DNA of 64,000 nucleotides from a virus: positions 35,909 to 99,908 of the IMG/VR virus record IMGVR_UViG_3300031576_000010. One strand, given 5' to 3'. This document shows positions 18,790 through 28,078 of this stretch, piece after piece. The stretch's first letter is position 1. Each line of letters opens with the position of its first letter. The notes under the pieces were generated by a model that was not told the origin of the DNA, ran no database searches, and saw only the letters and a program-made list of their open reading frames with translations. Position numbers and translations under genes: made by a program.

Positions 18790-20550
18790 TCAGCTCGGCT
18801 CCGGAATCTCTTCGCGGTTGAGCGTGATGGAATCGGTGTAGGTCGTCGTGATTGTGATCGAGTCGGATTCGGGCGTGGTGGTCGGTAGGTCGAGCGGGTC
18901 GACCACGACCGTGATGGTGGAGCCGGCCCCACCAGTCAACACGAACGTGCCGCCCGCCGCCACGTTCACGATCGCGCCCGCCACATCGCCGAACGGCGCC
19001 CACGTCATGTTGCGAGCGAGCCCGACGATCGCGTACGCGAGCGTCCCGACGCCCGCCGGAGCGGTCGCGCCGACCGAATCGATCCGCACGCCCGTGATGT
19101 TGACCGGCTGGCTCGCCCGGTTGACCGGCAGGCCGGCCGCCTGGACCGACACCGCGATGGAGGACCCATCCCCGCCCGGCAGCGTGAACACGCCCCCCGC
19201 CCCCACCGCTACCGCGGCGCCGGGTACAAGAGCACCGGGCGCCTGCCACTGGAGTGTCAGGGCCGCACCCGCCACGTACGTGAGGGTCCCGACTCCCGAC
19301 AGGGTCGCGCCATCCAGCGCAACGATCTTGACGCCCAGGATGTTGAGCGGCTGGGTGTTGGCCTTGTAGGTGTGGTCGCGGAGCTGGTAGTTGGGCGGGA
19401 TCAGGTTGGCCGGGATGGTCCGGTCGACGTAGTCGTAGATGGTGATCGGGACGTTGAACCGGTTGACGTAGACCTTCCCTTCCTTCTCGCCGTCGGGCAG
19501 CGGGATGTCGGCCTCGCCGGCCAACGACCAGTCCGACAGGATGACCTGGAAGTACCGCTCGGTCGCGCCGCCCGCCACCGGCTCGGCGTAGACGTGCTCG
19601 CCGTAGAACGTGAAGTCCCGGTCGGACATGTAGAGCGACAGGAAGTAGATGAGGAGATCGGTCAGCTCGGTGCGCTCGTTGTCCGAGTCGGCCCCCACGT
19701 CGATGCCGATCGTGAAGCTGGCGCCAGTCCCATACCGGTTGGCGGGCCGGCGGGCCGGGTTGTCCGAGTCGTCCGCCTGCCCGACCGTGAACCCCAAGGC
19801 TGTCAAGAGAGTGGCGGTCCCGCCCGTCACCTCGATCCGGTTGGGTGTCTCGTGGTCGGACGACCGGTAGTTCCGCGGGTTGGTGGCGGCGGGCAGAGCG
19901 ATCGGCTTGGTCGCGCGGACCGGCCCACCCGCCACCAGCTCCAAGAACGTGGAGCCGCCGGTCGTGACCGCGCGCGCCCGCGCATACAGCGCCTGCACGT
20001 TGATGATGTCGGCGAGCTGCTGGGCCGTTACGGCCGCGGGTGTGGGGAACGGGAACGACGGCAGCACCATCGTGCTGGTCCGGTAGTTCACACCGTCCGG
20101 CTTGGTCCTGAACGCCAGAGTCGGGGGCGTCGTGATGTTCAGGATGGCGGATAGGTTGTAGGGCTGCGGGTTGGTCGCGCGGACTCGCGGTGGGTACTGC
20201 ACGTGATCGACGAACGCGCCCGTCAGCCCGATGGGCTTGCGCGCCCCACCCGCCTTTGTGACCGAGATGAGGGGCAACTTCTTGAGGATGTCGGGGTACT
20301 CGCGGATGAGGGTGACGAGGTTCTCGAACGGGTCGGTCGACTGCTGGGAGATCCCGTACTTCCCGATCGTCAGGATCTCGGCGAACCGGGCCGCCGCAAC
20401 GGTCGGCTGCGCGAAGAACTGGCGCAGCTCCTCGACGAACGAGTCCTTCGCGGTTTCGACCAGTTGACTGAACCGGAAGTTGTCGCGCGTGTCGACCGCA
20501 AGGGTCGGGACGTTGCGCTTGATCGCGAGGTCGTCGGACGTGAAAGCCAC
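18790..20550 (-). CDS. Tail completion/terminator-like structural protein with two C-terminal beta repeats
   Basis: EYP...KLPLISV motif; directly upstream of the sheath. Confidence 0.6.
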   Translation of the reverse strand: MAFTSDDLAIKRNVPTLAVDTRDNFRFSQLVETAKDSFVEELRQFFAQPTVAAARFAEILTIGKYGISQQSTDPFENLVTLIREYPDILKKLPLISVTKAGGARKPIGLTGAFVDHVQYPPRVRATNPQPYNLSAILNITTPPTLAFRTKPDGVNYRTSTMVLPSFPFPTPAAVTAQQLADIINVQALYARARAVTTGGSTFLELVAGGPVRATKPIALPAATNPRNYRSSDHETPNRIEVTGGTATLLTALGFTVGQADDSDNPARRPANRYGTGASFTIGIDVGADSDNERTELTDLLIYFLSLYMSDRDFTFYGEHVYAEPVAGGATERYFQVILSDWSLAGEADIPLPDGEKEGKVYVNRFNVPITIYDYVDRTIPANLIPPNYQLRDHTYKANTQPLNILGVKIVALDGATLSGVGTLTYVAGAALTLQWQAPGALVPGAAVAVGAGGVFTLPGGDGSSIAVSVQAAGLPVNRASQPVNITGVRIDSVGATAPAGVGTLAYAIVGLARNMTWAPFGDVAGAIVNVAAGGTFVLTGGAGSTITVVVDPLDLPTTTPESDSITITTTYTDSITLNREEIPEPS

Positions 20551-20564
20551 GGGCCTGTGCGGAC

Positions 20565-20597
20565 AGGCTACCGCGAGATCGCACGGAATTTTAGAAG
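20565..20597 (-). promoter_or_regulatory. Putative late promoter (CTTCTAAAATTCCG-N13-TAGCCT)
   Basis: Conserved four-copy motif. Confidence 0.75.
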
Positions 20598-20609
20598 GGC
20601 GGACCCAGC

Positions 20610-20638
20610 TTGCACATGCGTCAAGATTCAGCTAAACT
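20610..20638 (+). promoter_or_regulatory. Sigma70-like promoter of the plus-strand endonuclease (TTGCAC-N17-TAAACT)
   Basis: Canonical 17-nt spacing; 9 nt before GTG at 20648. Confidence 0.55.
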
Positions 20639-20647
20639 GACGTAACA

Positions 20648-21568
20648 GTGAGATTAGACCAGGCCGAAGCACGCAAGCTGCATGAGCAAGGGTTGAATGG
20701 TGCCGAGATCGCCAAACGACTCGGGGTGTGGCGCCAGACCGTCACCCACTATTTTCGCTCGATCGGGATCCGGGGCCACCAGTACGGTTTCGTCAAGACG
20801 CTCACGGATCGTCAACGCGCCATGCTGTATGGGACGGTGCTTGGGGACGGGCACCTCAGCCGCCGACAAGAGTCGTACCTTGCCATGAAGCACGGATGGG
20901 TGCAACGCGCATACCTCACCTGGAAGGTCGAGGAACTTGCGCCGCTGTTCAAGACCACTAAGTTGCATGAAGGGACAACGACGATCCGACACAAGACCTA
21001 TCGGTTCGCCCAGATACATTCACGAGTACATCCACTACTGGGAGATGCACGCCGGCTGTTCTACACGGATGGCGGCAAGAAGACGGTAACGCACGACGTG
21101 CTCGACGCCCTCGACAAGCTCGGGCCGTTGCTTTCGCTCGCACTGGCCGTCTGGTACATGGACGACGGGTCGCTGTACGACGATGGTCGCTACGCGCAGA
21201 TCACGCTTGGTGGAATGAGCCAGCCAGCATATCGACGGACTGCCGAGTGGTTTTGTCAACGAGGGTTCGCGGGCGCGATTGGCAAGCACACAACCAAGAA
21301 CAGCGTGGTGTTCCGAATGCACGCTCAAGGATCGCGCAGGTTTGCCAAGACCATCATCCCGCACATCTACCCGAGCATGAGGTACAAGATCCCATCCTCG
21401 TTGGAAGACCCACCAATACGATCTGTCTCGACTACTTGTTCCGCATGTGGATCGTTGATTACGCGTCCGAAGTCGCACGCGAGATCCTACAGCCTGTTCT
21501 GCTCACGTGAGTGTTACCACGAAGCGCGACGCGCTCGGCTCAAGTCGTTAGCCCGAGAACACGGATGA
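20648..21568 (+). mobile_element. Free-standing LAGLIDADG homing endonuclease with N-terminal HTH and C-terminal Zn finger
   Basis: LYGTVLGDGHL and LAVWYMDDGS motifs; CSAC...FCSREC; antisense to the late operon. Confidence 0.9.
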
Positions 21569-22088
21569 GAAGGCCCTCGTAGTCCGTGCGGAGTTTAGTC
21601 TGCACGTACTCCTCCATCCCCTTCTCAAGGAAGTGGGTGGGCTCAGATCCTGGATGCCACCACGGTGGACCACCAGGGTTACGAAGCATGTGCTTCGCGG
21701 TGGCAACTCGGAACGTCTTCTCGCCATCGATTATCAGCGGGATCGTCACCGCCTTGGTGCCGTCCCGCAGATACCAGGCGTTGTGTGCGTTGAGAAGGTA
21801 CTGCATCTTGTGAGGACGCACGCCTACGGACCTCCAGTAGGCGTAGGGCTTGGTGTTTCCGATGTAGCCCATCGCCTTGGCGACGTCGTACCGGCTGAAC
21901 CACGACTGGTCGAGTCCGCCACCCGACGGGTTCTTCCACAGGCGCGACGCGTACGCCCGGATGGTCGCGAGCGCCCCCTCAGTGATCTCGCGGATGGCGT
22001 ACATCTTGTAGACCTCCCAGAAGCGCGGGTCCGCCATACGGGCGAGGAAGTTGTGGTCGGCGACCACCTGGAACGTGATGGCGGGCAC
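21540..22088 (-). CDS. Neck/tail-completion protein (HK97 gp10/Ne1-like)
   Basis: WWHPGSEPTHFLEKG motif; GTG at 22088 preferred over 22160. Confidence 0.6.
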   Translation of the reverse strand: MPAITFQVVADHNFLARMADPRFWEVYKMYAIREITEGALATIRAYASRLWKNPSGGGLDQSWFSRYDVAKAMGYIGNTKPYAYWRSVGVRPHKMQYLLNAHNAWYLRDGTKAVTIPLIIDGEKTFRVATAKHMLRNPGGPPWWHPGSEPTHFLEKGMEEYVQTKLRTDYEGLLIRVLGLTT

Positions 22089-22090
22089 CC

Positions 22091-22354
22091 CTAGCACCTC
22101 CGCCGCGCGTACTCGTGGCGGGGCGACAGCGCGACCGATCGGAGCGCTTCTGGTGTGCAAAGACGGAGGGGGATCGAGAAGGACGGGAGCAGTCCCTTCG
22201 TGACCTTGATGTTCTTCAGCTCGAACGCTTGGCCCAACGAGGCGACGTGGTTGTAGCCGTAGTACAGCGGCTGACGACCAGCTCCGCAGCAGTTGCAGGT
22301 CTGGTGGTTCCAGCAGAGCGTCGTGGTGCTGCTGTAGCTGGTGTCGGGCGCCAT
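22091..22354 (-). CDS. Small Cys-rich hypothetical protein
   Basis: Start overlaps the upstream stop and fills the gap. Confidence 0.45.
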   Translation of the reverse strand: MAPDTSYSSTTTLCWNHQTCNCCGAGRQPLYYGYNHVASLGQAFELKNIKVTKGLLPSFSIPLRLCTPEALRSVALSPRHEYARRRC

Positions 22355-24906
22355 CAGAATACCTGGCCGATCATCTCGTCACGCTGGGGTCGCCGGCAAC
22401 TGAACCCCTGCGAGATGAAGATGCCCTTCGGGTCATGATAGTCGAACGCGGTCAGGTCGTACCGGACCCCCACATGCGTGCCCTCGCGGAACTCGATGAA
22501 CGCCTTCTGCTGGATCAGGTTGACCTCGGGGGGCACGACGACGTCTGGATCCTGAGCGACCAGGTCGTCGAAGTGGCGGAGTGGCACGGTCCACCAACGA
22601 TGGTTCCCGTCCGAATCCACCACCCCCATGCCGCCCCGCTCCCTCGTCTTGGTCGGCAACCCCTTGAGCACCCGGATGAACGGCTCGTCGAGCCGTGGGT
22701 ACCGGATCCGCGCGATCTCGAAGAACGGGCTCTTGTCGGTCACGAGCGCACGCGTGAGGGTCACGCGCAACTGGATCGTCCCTCCCGCCGCCACCGACAG
22801 GCTCGGGAGGGTCGCGATCGACACGTACGGGCCCGCGTTGATCGACACCTCGACCAGCACGGACGTGCCGGCTGGTTGTCGGATGTAGCTGTCGACCCGG
22901 AACTGGAACGGGTTGACCGACGCGACGACGCCGGGCGCCCCGATCGTGAAGACGGGTGATGTGATGGTTGCGGTCAGCAGGCCGGTCGCGATCTGGAGGC
23001 GGTACGGCTGGAACTCGGTGAACAGCGAGGTGCCCACGAGCGTGACGGCCGGGTCGATCGACGCGACGTGCAACTCGTGGTACCCGAACTTCGTGTAGCC
23101 CGGCACGATGCCGGTCCCGTAGCAGTTGTGAACCGTGACACCGTTCGCGACGAACTGATGGTCCTCCTCCACGGTCAAGTCGTACACAGGTTCGAGGACA
23201 TCGTTTCGCTCGACGGACCGGACAAACGGAACCTTCCGCTGCACGACGGGCTCGGGTCCACGTCTTGCCGCCCTGGTGCTCTCCGCTTGGTCAATGCACG
23301 CCGCTAGCTTGGCACTCTTGCGCGCGTTGAAGAACCCGACTCGCGTTTGGAACGCTTGCACGTGGGCAAGGGCCGAAATATCCAGTGCGTACAGTCTCCG
23401 ATAGCCGCGCTCCGAACGCCACGTTGCCTTGTACTCGTGGATTGTTGACCGGATTCCGAGCCCCATCAGGAGTAGCTGCACGTCCTGCAAAAGCGGATAG
23501 GAGACGGATGCCAGCGAGAGACTCACCCGGCCGCCGGCCCCACCAACGCTGCCGTCCGTGGAGAACAACCCGGAAAGGAAGCCGCGCACACACTCCACGG
23601 ACGCTCCAAAGATATGCGCAGGCGCGCGACGGGCAGCGGGGTCCGCGCGCTTGTCCAGCCCCAATGCTCCCAGGAAGTCGGCCAGCCCCTTAATCCGCCA
23701 GGAGACCGTCGCCATTGGCGCCGGCTCCGAGAGGACGAGGTTACTCTGCCGGTCCCACTTACGCTCGATCACCTCCGTCTGCGTCCCACACCAGCCGTGT
23801 ACAACCTCTTGTAGGTGGTCGAGGTCCGCGCGGTCCACGATGGAGGAGCAGACCGTCACGATCGGGTACTTGCCCTTTCCCACCGAACCGTCCCCGAGAA
23901 CGTAGCCCAGGAGAAGTCCAACATCGAATCCATCGCTATCTGGGAACTTGTAGTCCAGACTCTTGTCCGGACGAGCGGTCAGATCAGAAACGGCCGCGAT
24001 AGGGACGGGCAGCGGCGAGACTGATTCCCCCTCTGGGGGGGCGAAGTCGAGTCTGTCGCCCTCCTCCAGGTCGCCCACCTCCAGCCAGCCGCGTTCCGCC
24101 ATACGAATGAAGTGATCTGGAGTCGCACGAATGGAGAGCCCCCAGTTCGTCGTGACCGTCATGGTCTCGCGGATACCGGTCTGAAACGCCGTTGCCCTCC
24201 GCCATGCCTTACCGGACCAGACCTCGAACGGTTCACCCACCAAGTCCTCGACAGCGACCAATCCTCGGCCGCGCACGAACACGCGGGTGTCTCCAGAAAC
24301 GCACGATCGACACTTGCCGTCCGGCTGTTTGCTTGTTTGCTTGTAGCAGGAGCACAGCGGGTAGACCGCGTTCGTGACGGTCGTCTGATCGACCTGCGGG
24401 TTGAAGTTGGGGGTGTGGAGCAGCGACCTGGAGAACGTGATCGAGTTGCTGTAGGGACCGCCTGACGACGGCAGGAACGCGCTGTCGATCGAGACGGTCA
24501 GGTAGCTGCCGCTCGACTCCAGCTTGAAGATGCCGCCCGCCCGCACGTCGACCGTCGGGGCGGCGGTCCCGCCGGGCGGCGTCCACACGATCGTCCTGGC
24601 GGCTCCCGCGACCGTCAGGACCAGGGTGCCGGCGCCCGTGGGTGTCCGGTGGGAGAACGCGGCGATCGCGACGCCGGGGATCGGGGTGGCCTCCAGGATG
24701 GCGGACTGGGGGATCTCGTGCCACAGATCGGCCGCCAACCCGACGCCCAACACCTTGTCGATGTGGGCCTTCAGCATCTTGAAGATCGACTGGTCACCTC
24801 GAATGCGCGCGTCTACTCCCGTACCGGAGTATCGACCAAGATAACCAACGGCCAGATGCTTACCTTGCACCCGAACAAACCCACCCCGCCCAACACCAGT
24901 GGTCAT
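22354..24906 (-). CDS. Head-closure/neck-type virion protein interrupted by an intein
   Basis: Spliced extein restores CSC..KQPDGKCRS/CYGTG..GY, a Zn-binding motif of myovirus neck proteins. Confidence 0.75.
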   Translation of the reverse strand: MTTGVGRGGFVRVQGKHLAVGYLGRYSGTGVDARIRGDQSIFKMLKAHIDKVLGVGLAADLWHEIPQSAILEATPIPGVAIAAFSHRTPTGAGTLVLTVAGAARTIVWTPPGGTAAPTVDVRAGGIFKLESSGSYLTVSIDSAFLPSSGGPYSNSITFSRSLLHTPNFNPQVDQTTVTNAVYPLCSCYKQTSKQPDGKCRSCVSGDTRVFVRGRGLVAVEDLVGEPFEVWSGKAWRRATAFQTGIRETMTVTTNWGLSIRATPDHFIRMAERGWLEVGDLEEGDRLDFAPPEGESVSPLPVPIAAVSDLTARPDKSLDYKFPDSDGFDVGLLLGYVLGDGSVGKGKYPIVTVCSSIVDRADLDHLQEVVHGWCGTQTEVIERKWDRQSNLVLSEPAPMATVSWRIKGLADFLGALGLDKRADPAARRAPAHIFGASVECVRGFLSGLFSTDGSVGGAGGRVSLSLASVSYPLLQDVQLLLMGLGIRSTIHEYKATWRSERGYRRLYALDISALAHVQAFQTRVGFFNARKSAKLAACIDQAESTRAARRGPEPVVQRKVPFVRSVERNDVLEPVYDLTVEEDHQFVANGVTVHNCYGTGIVPGYTKFGYHELHVASIDPAVTLVGTSLFTEFQPYRLQIATGLLTATITSPVFTIGAPGVVASVNPFQFRVDSYIRQPAGTSVLVEVSINAGPYVSIATLPSLSVAAGGTIQLRVTLTRALVTDKSPFFEIARIRYPRLDEPFIRVLKGLPTKTRERGGMGVVDSDGNHRWWTVPLRHFDDLVAQDPDVVVPPEVNLIQQKAFIEFREGTHVGVRYDLTAFDYHDPKGIFISQGFSCRRPQRDEMIGQVF
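23125..24303 (-). mobile_element. Intein with LAGLIDADG endonuclease (393 aa)
   Basis: Starts CVSGDT; block B ATPDH; LLGYVLGDGS and FLSGLFSTDGS; ends VYDLTVEEDHQFVANGVTVHN followed by Cys. Confidence 0.95.
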
Positions 24907-25652
24907 GCTGTTCGCTCTTGGTTGATCGGAAGACCGCGGTCGCGCCGGTACGCGATGTACTCGTCGTCCGTTCGCTTACCCTTGCTCTGATTGCATCGAG
25001 CACACGCAACAACGATGTTGCTTGGGTAGTTCGTTGGGCCCAGGTCCTTCCTGGCTAGTGGAATCTTGTGATCGATGTGCGGTCTGGTTACCTCTGCGCC
25101 GCAGTAGTAGCAGAGGTGTTGCTGCGCCAACAGTTTCGCAACGACGTCCTTGCTGGTCCATCTGCCCGGTATCGCTCGCTTGGCCGACCGATACCTGTGC
25201 GTGATGCCCCTCCGCTTCATCGGGTTCTTCAGGTCGTATCGCCGCTTAATCTGCCTGATGAGATCGGGGTGCTCGTCGGCATACTGTCGGTTCCTCGCCG
25301 CAGCTCTGGCGCGGTTGTGCTGATACCATGCCTTCGAGATAGCCTTGACTTTGACGGGGTGCTCCGCGGCCCATCGCTTTGCTGCGGCGCAAGCACAAGA
25401 TCGACACCGCGTCACGAGCCCCGAACAATCACGCTTGTTCCGATGGAAAAACTTGATCGTCGCCGGACGAACGGCACCACACGCTGAGCATGTTCGCTTC
25501 CCCGCGTTCACCGGCTGGAATACCTTCTGCTTGGCAGCATCGTTTCTGCACTGCTTGCAAACCGAAGTGAGACCGAGCGTGCCCATCAAGTTTCGATGAA
25601 AAAATCTGAGCGACGCGGGCTTGCGTTCGCCACATTTCGAGCACGTTCTCAC
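24903..25652 (-). mobile_element. HNH homing endonuclease with N-terminal Zn-ribbon repeats
   Basis: CYYCG...HIDHKIPL...N..SNIVVACARCNQSKG. Confidence 0.9.
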
Positions 25653-26527
25653 GTGCTCAAGAACCCGCGAAAGAGGATCCCAGAGGGTGCGGCCGAAAGC
25701 AGTTGAAGCAGCCGGAACGACACACCAGCTTGGATGTGAATCGATCCCATCGTCGCGAAGTTGAGCTTGAACAACGGCACCAACCGATCGAGCCGCTGTT
25801 GCAGGAACGATAGAAATGACTGGAGTGGTTGTTGATGGTTGATGCTAAAACTATACCCCTGGTCAGAGTAATTGACAAGATCCGTGTCGATCGAGAACAA
25901 CGTCTGGCTCTGGAGCGCCACCAACGTGGCGGTGTCGATGAGGAGCTGGCCGTGCGTCTTGAACGGGTAGTTCTCCAACAGGATGTTGGTGTTCGGCTGG
26001 TACAGGTTGATGACGTTGAGGCCGCCCTCCAGGTACATGAGGAGCTGGGCGTCCGAGTAGCCACCGAACAGGTTGGTCGCCTCCTCGACGATCTTGACCG
26101 CCTTGTCGATCTGGAGCCGGAAGCTCGGCAGGTAGGCCAGGACCCTCGGGTCCAGCACCTTAACGACTTGGAGGACGACGGCCGGCTCGGTCCCGACCCC
26201 ACCGATCGCCCGCCAGATGAAGAAGAGGTCGCGCACCAGGTTGGTCTCGGTTTGGGTCGGCACATTGACGGGTGCGAGCGGGTCGCCCCAGCCGATGTAG
26301 TAGTCGCCGGTCGTGCCGGCCGGCTTGATGATGCGGGTCGGGGGCGACGGCGGCGCGAAGAAGTCGTCCTCGTACAACACCGTCTTGCTCACGTCCATGA
26401 CGCGAAGGTGCAGGTAGGTGGCGTCGACCTTGTCGCCGTTCGCGTCGAACAACGTGATGTTGATGCGCTGGTCGAAGTTCTGGAGGATCAGCTCGACCGC
26501 GTTGGCGTTGAGGAAGGGGGCGGGCAC
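25649..26527 (-). CDS. Head-tail adaptor-like protein
   Basis: YSD.QL..YL...L..IN and NYSDQGYSFSI motifs; position; late promoter upstream. Confidence 0.65.
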   Translation of the reverse strand: MPAPFLNANAVELILQNFDQRINITLFDANGDKVDATYLHLRVMDVSKTVLYEDDFFAPPSPPTRIIKPAGTTGDYYIGWGDPLAPVNVPTQTETNLVRDLFFIWRAIGGVGTEPAVVLQVVKVLDPRVLAYLPSFRLQIDKAVKIVEEATNLFGGYSDAQLLMYLEGGLNVINLYQPNTNILLENYPFKTHGQLLIDTATLVALQSQTLFSIDTDLVNYSDQGYSFSINHQQPLQSFLSFLQQRLDRLVPLFKLNFATMGSIHIQAGVSFRLLQLLSAAPSGILFRGFLST

Positions 26528-26533
26528 GAACCC

Positions 26534-26566
26534 AGCCTAGCGCCACAACGTACGGAATTTTAGAAG
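26534..26566 (-). promoter_or_regulatory. Putative late promoter (CTTCTAAAATTCCG-N13-TAGGCT), leaderless
   Basis: Conserved motif; -10 is 6 nt from the GTG start. Confidence 0.75.
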
Positions 26567-26567
26567 T

Positions 26568-26765
26568 CTAGTCGCCAGTGTCGCCCGGCTTGATCCGGGA
26601 GGGTGTCGTACCTGGTCGAAGGGCGGGCCCGCGCGTCCCCACGTTCGCCGGCTTGATGAGCGGGGCGGTTGTGCCGGGCCGCATGGCTGGCCCACGCGTC
26701 CCCACGTTCGCCGGCTTGATGAACAGGTCTGTGGTCGATCCAGGACGAATACGGCTACGCGTCAT
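26568..26765 (-). CDS. Small protein made of 21-aa tandem repeats
   Basis: IKPANVGTRGPA(M/L)RPGTT x2 plus partial copies; 28-bp direct repeat at 26632 and 26695. Confidence 0.55.
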   Translation of the reverse strand: MTRSRIRPGSTTDLFIKPANVGTRGPAMRPGTTAPLIKPANVGTRGPALRPGTTPSRIKPGDTGD

Positions 26766-27240
26766 CAGATCGTCCCTCGATCCCGTTCGATGACGACACA
26801 ATCACCATAGCCTGCTCGACCTCACCCTCCCGGATGTCTCCCGCGCGAGCGGACTTGAGACGCCTGACGGCACGACGGATCCGGTACGTCACCTCACCCG
26901 AGAGCTTCTCCTTGTCGGCCGCCTGCTGCACTACCGACAGGATGGTCCTGACCTCCTCGACCGTGAACTTCAGCTTCACGAGAGCTGGATCCGCGATCCT
27001 CTCATTCACCTCCTTTGCCCACTCACCCACCTCTTCCTTGCCGTAATTAGCAGGCGTGACAAAGGATTCGCACGTGCCATCACCCTCGATCGCCTCGATG
27101 GCATCGCTGTTGCGGTCTGTCGCATCGTCCTTCGGATTGTGAGCCGCGAGGAGGGTTCGCAGGTGAAACCGTTCCTCGAATGTCATCGCGATGAACCATA
27201 CCTGACTCGCCCGCTCCCGCTTCATTTTCGATTCTCCCAT
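26755..27240 (-). CDS. Hypothetical protein
   Basis: GAGG RBS; packed ORF. Confidence 0.7.
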   Translation of the reverse strand: MGESKMKRERASQVWFIAMTFEERFHLRTLLAAHNPKDDATDRNSDAIEAIEGDGTCESFVTPANYGKEEVGEWAKEVNERIADPALVKLKFTVEEVRTILSVVQQAADKEKLSGEVTYRIRRAVRRLKSARAGDIREGEVEQAMVIVSSSNGIEGRSDDA

Positions 27241-27262
27241 CGTTGGCCTCTTGGGGATCGCC

Positions 27263-27541
27263 CTACCGTGTCTTCGTCGTAGGCGTCAACTCTTGTGCGA
27301 TAGCGGCCAGCTCCTCCTTGGTCAGCTCTTCGCTGGGGGTGAGGGTCTGAAGTGCCCAATCAAGCTTGTGCTGGAGCGCCTCTGCCTTGACCTTGCTGTC
27401 GCGTAGCTTCTCGTTGGCATCAGCGTACATACTGGTGACGGCGGTCGGCTCATCATCGTCGGGTACCGTCTTCTTCCGTTTAACGCGCGCGTGGATCGCG
27501 TAGGAGCCACCTTTCTCCTTCCCATCCTTCCCATCCTTCAT
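27263..27541 (-). CDS. Hypothetical protein
   Basis: ATGA overlap with the upstream gene. Confidence 0.6.
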   Translation of the reverse strand: MKDGKDGKEKGGSYAIHARVKRKKTVPDDDEPTAVTSMYADANEKLRDSKVKAEALQHKLDWALQTLTPSEELTKEELAAIAQELTPTTKTR

Positions 27542-27798
27542 CGCCGCCCTCTCGATTCTAGGACCGCATCAACGACAGCCGATAGCTTCGCGACCATCGT
27601 GTCGAAGTCGTGCTTGACCTCAAGAACCCGATCGGTCACCGCTTTCGCCTCCTCTACCCGTTTGTCCTGTAGCACGTCCTTCTCACGCTGCAGAGAACGA
27701 TTCTGCTTCCACTGGAGCCAGTTGAACGCAGCGAGCGCGATGGCGGCGATCGATTGTAGTCCGCCGACCCTGAGGACTTCTGTCAGGAACTCCCACAC
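27538..27798 (-). CDS. Small single-TM protein with coiled coil (holin/BhlA-like)
   Basis: N-terminal hydrophobic helix followed by a charged coil. Confidence 0.5.
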   Translation of the reverse strand: MWEFLTEVLRVGGLQSIAAIALAAFNWLQWKQNRSLQREKDVLQDKRVEEAKAVTDRVLEVKHDFDTMVAKLSAVVDAVLESRGRR

Positions 27799-27808
27799 AA
27801 AACCACCG

Positions 27809-28069
27809 TCAGAAGCCCTCGACCTGCTTCACAAGCGCGACCAGGGCCGCAGCCGCGCCGTCGAGAATAGCCTGGTCATCGGGATCGAGAGACCCAGGCG
27901 GTAGGTCGACCGAGCGGGTCGCGTAGACACTCCCATCGGACACCCGCTTCAGGATGTAGGAGAGCGTCAAGATGACGCCAGTACCGTCCTCGGTCGGTCG
28001 CACGTACACGGCGGTGAAGTCTGCGATCGTCGGCTCGACGATCTCCTCGGTGATCATCTTCGTGGCCAT
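27809..28069 (-). CDS. Putative tail fibre chaperone/hypothetical protein
   Basis: GGAGG RBS; directly after the fibre gene. Confidence 0.55.
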   Translation of the reverse strand: MATKMITEEIVEPTIADFTAVYVRPTEDGTGVILTLSYILKRVSDGSVYATRSVDLPPGSLDPDDQAILDGAAAALVALVKQVEGF

Positions 28070-28078
28070 GATACCTCC

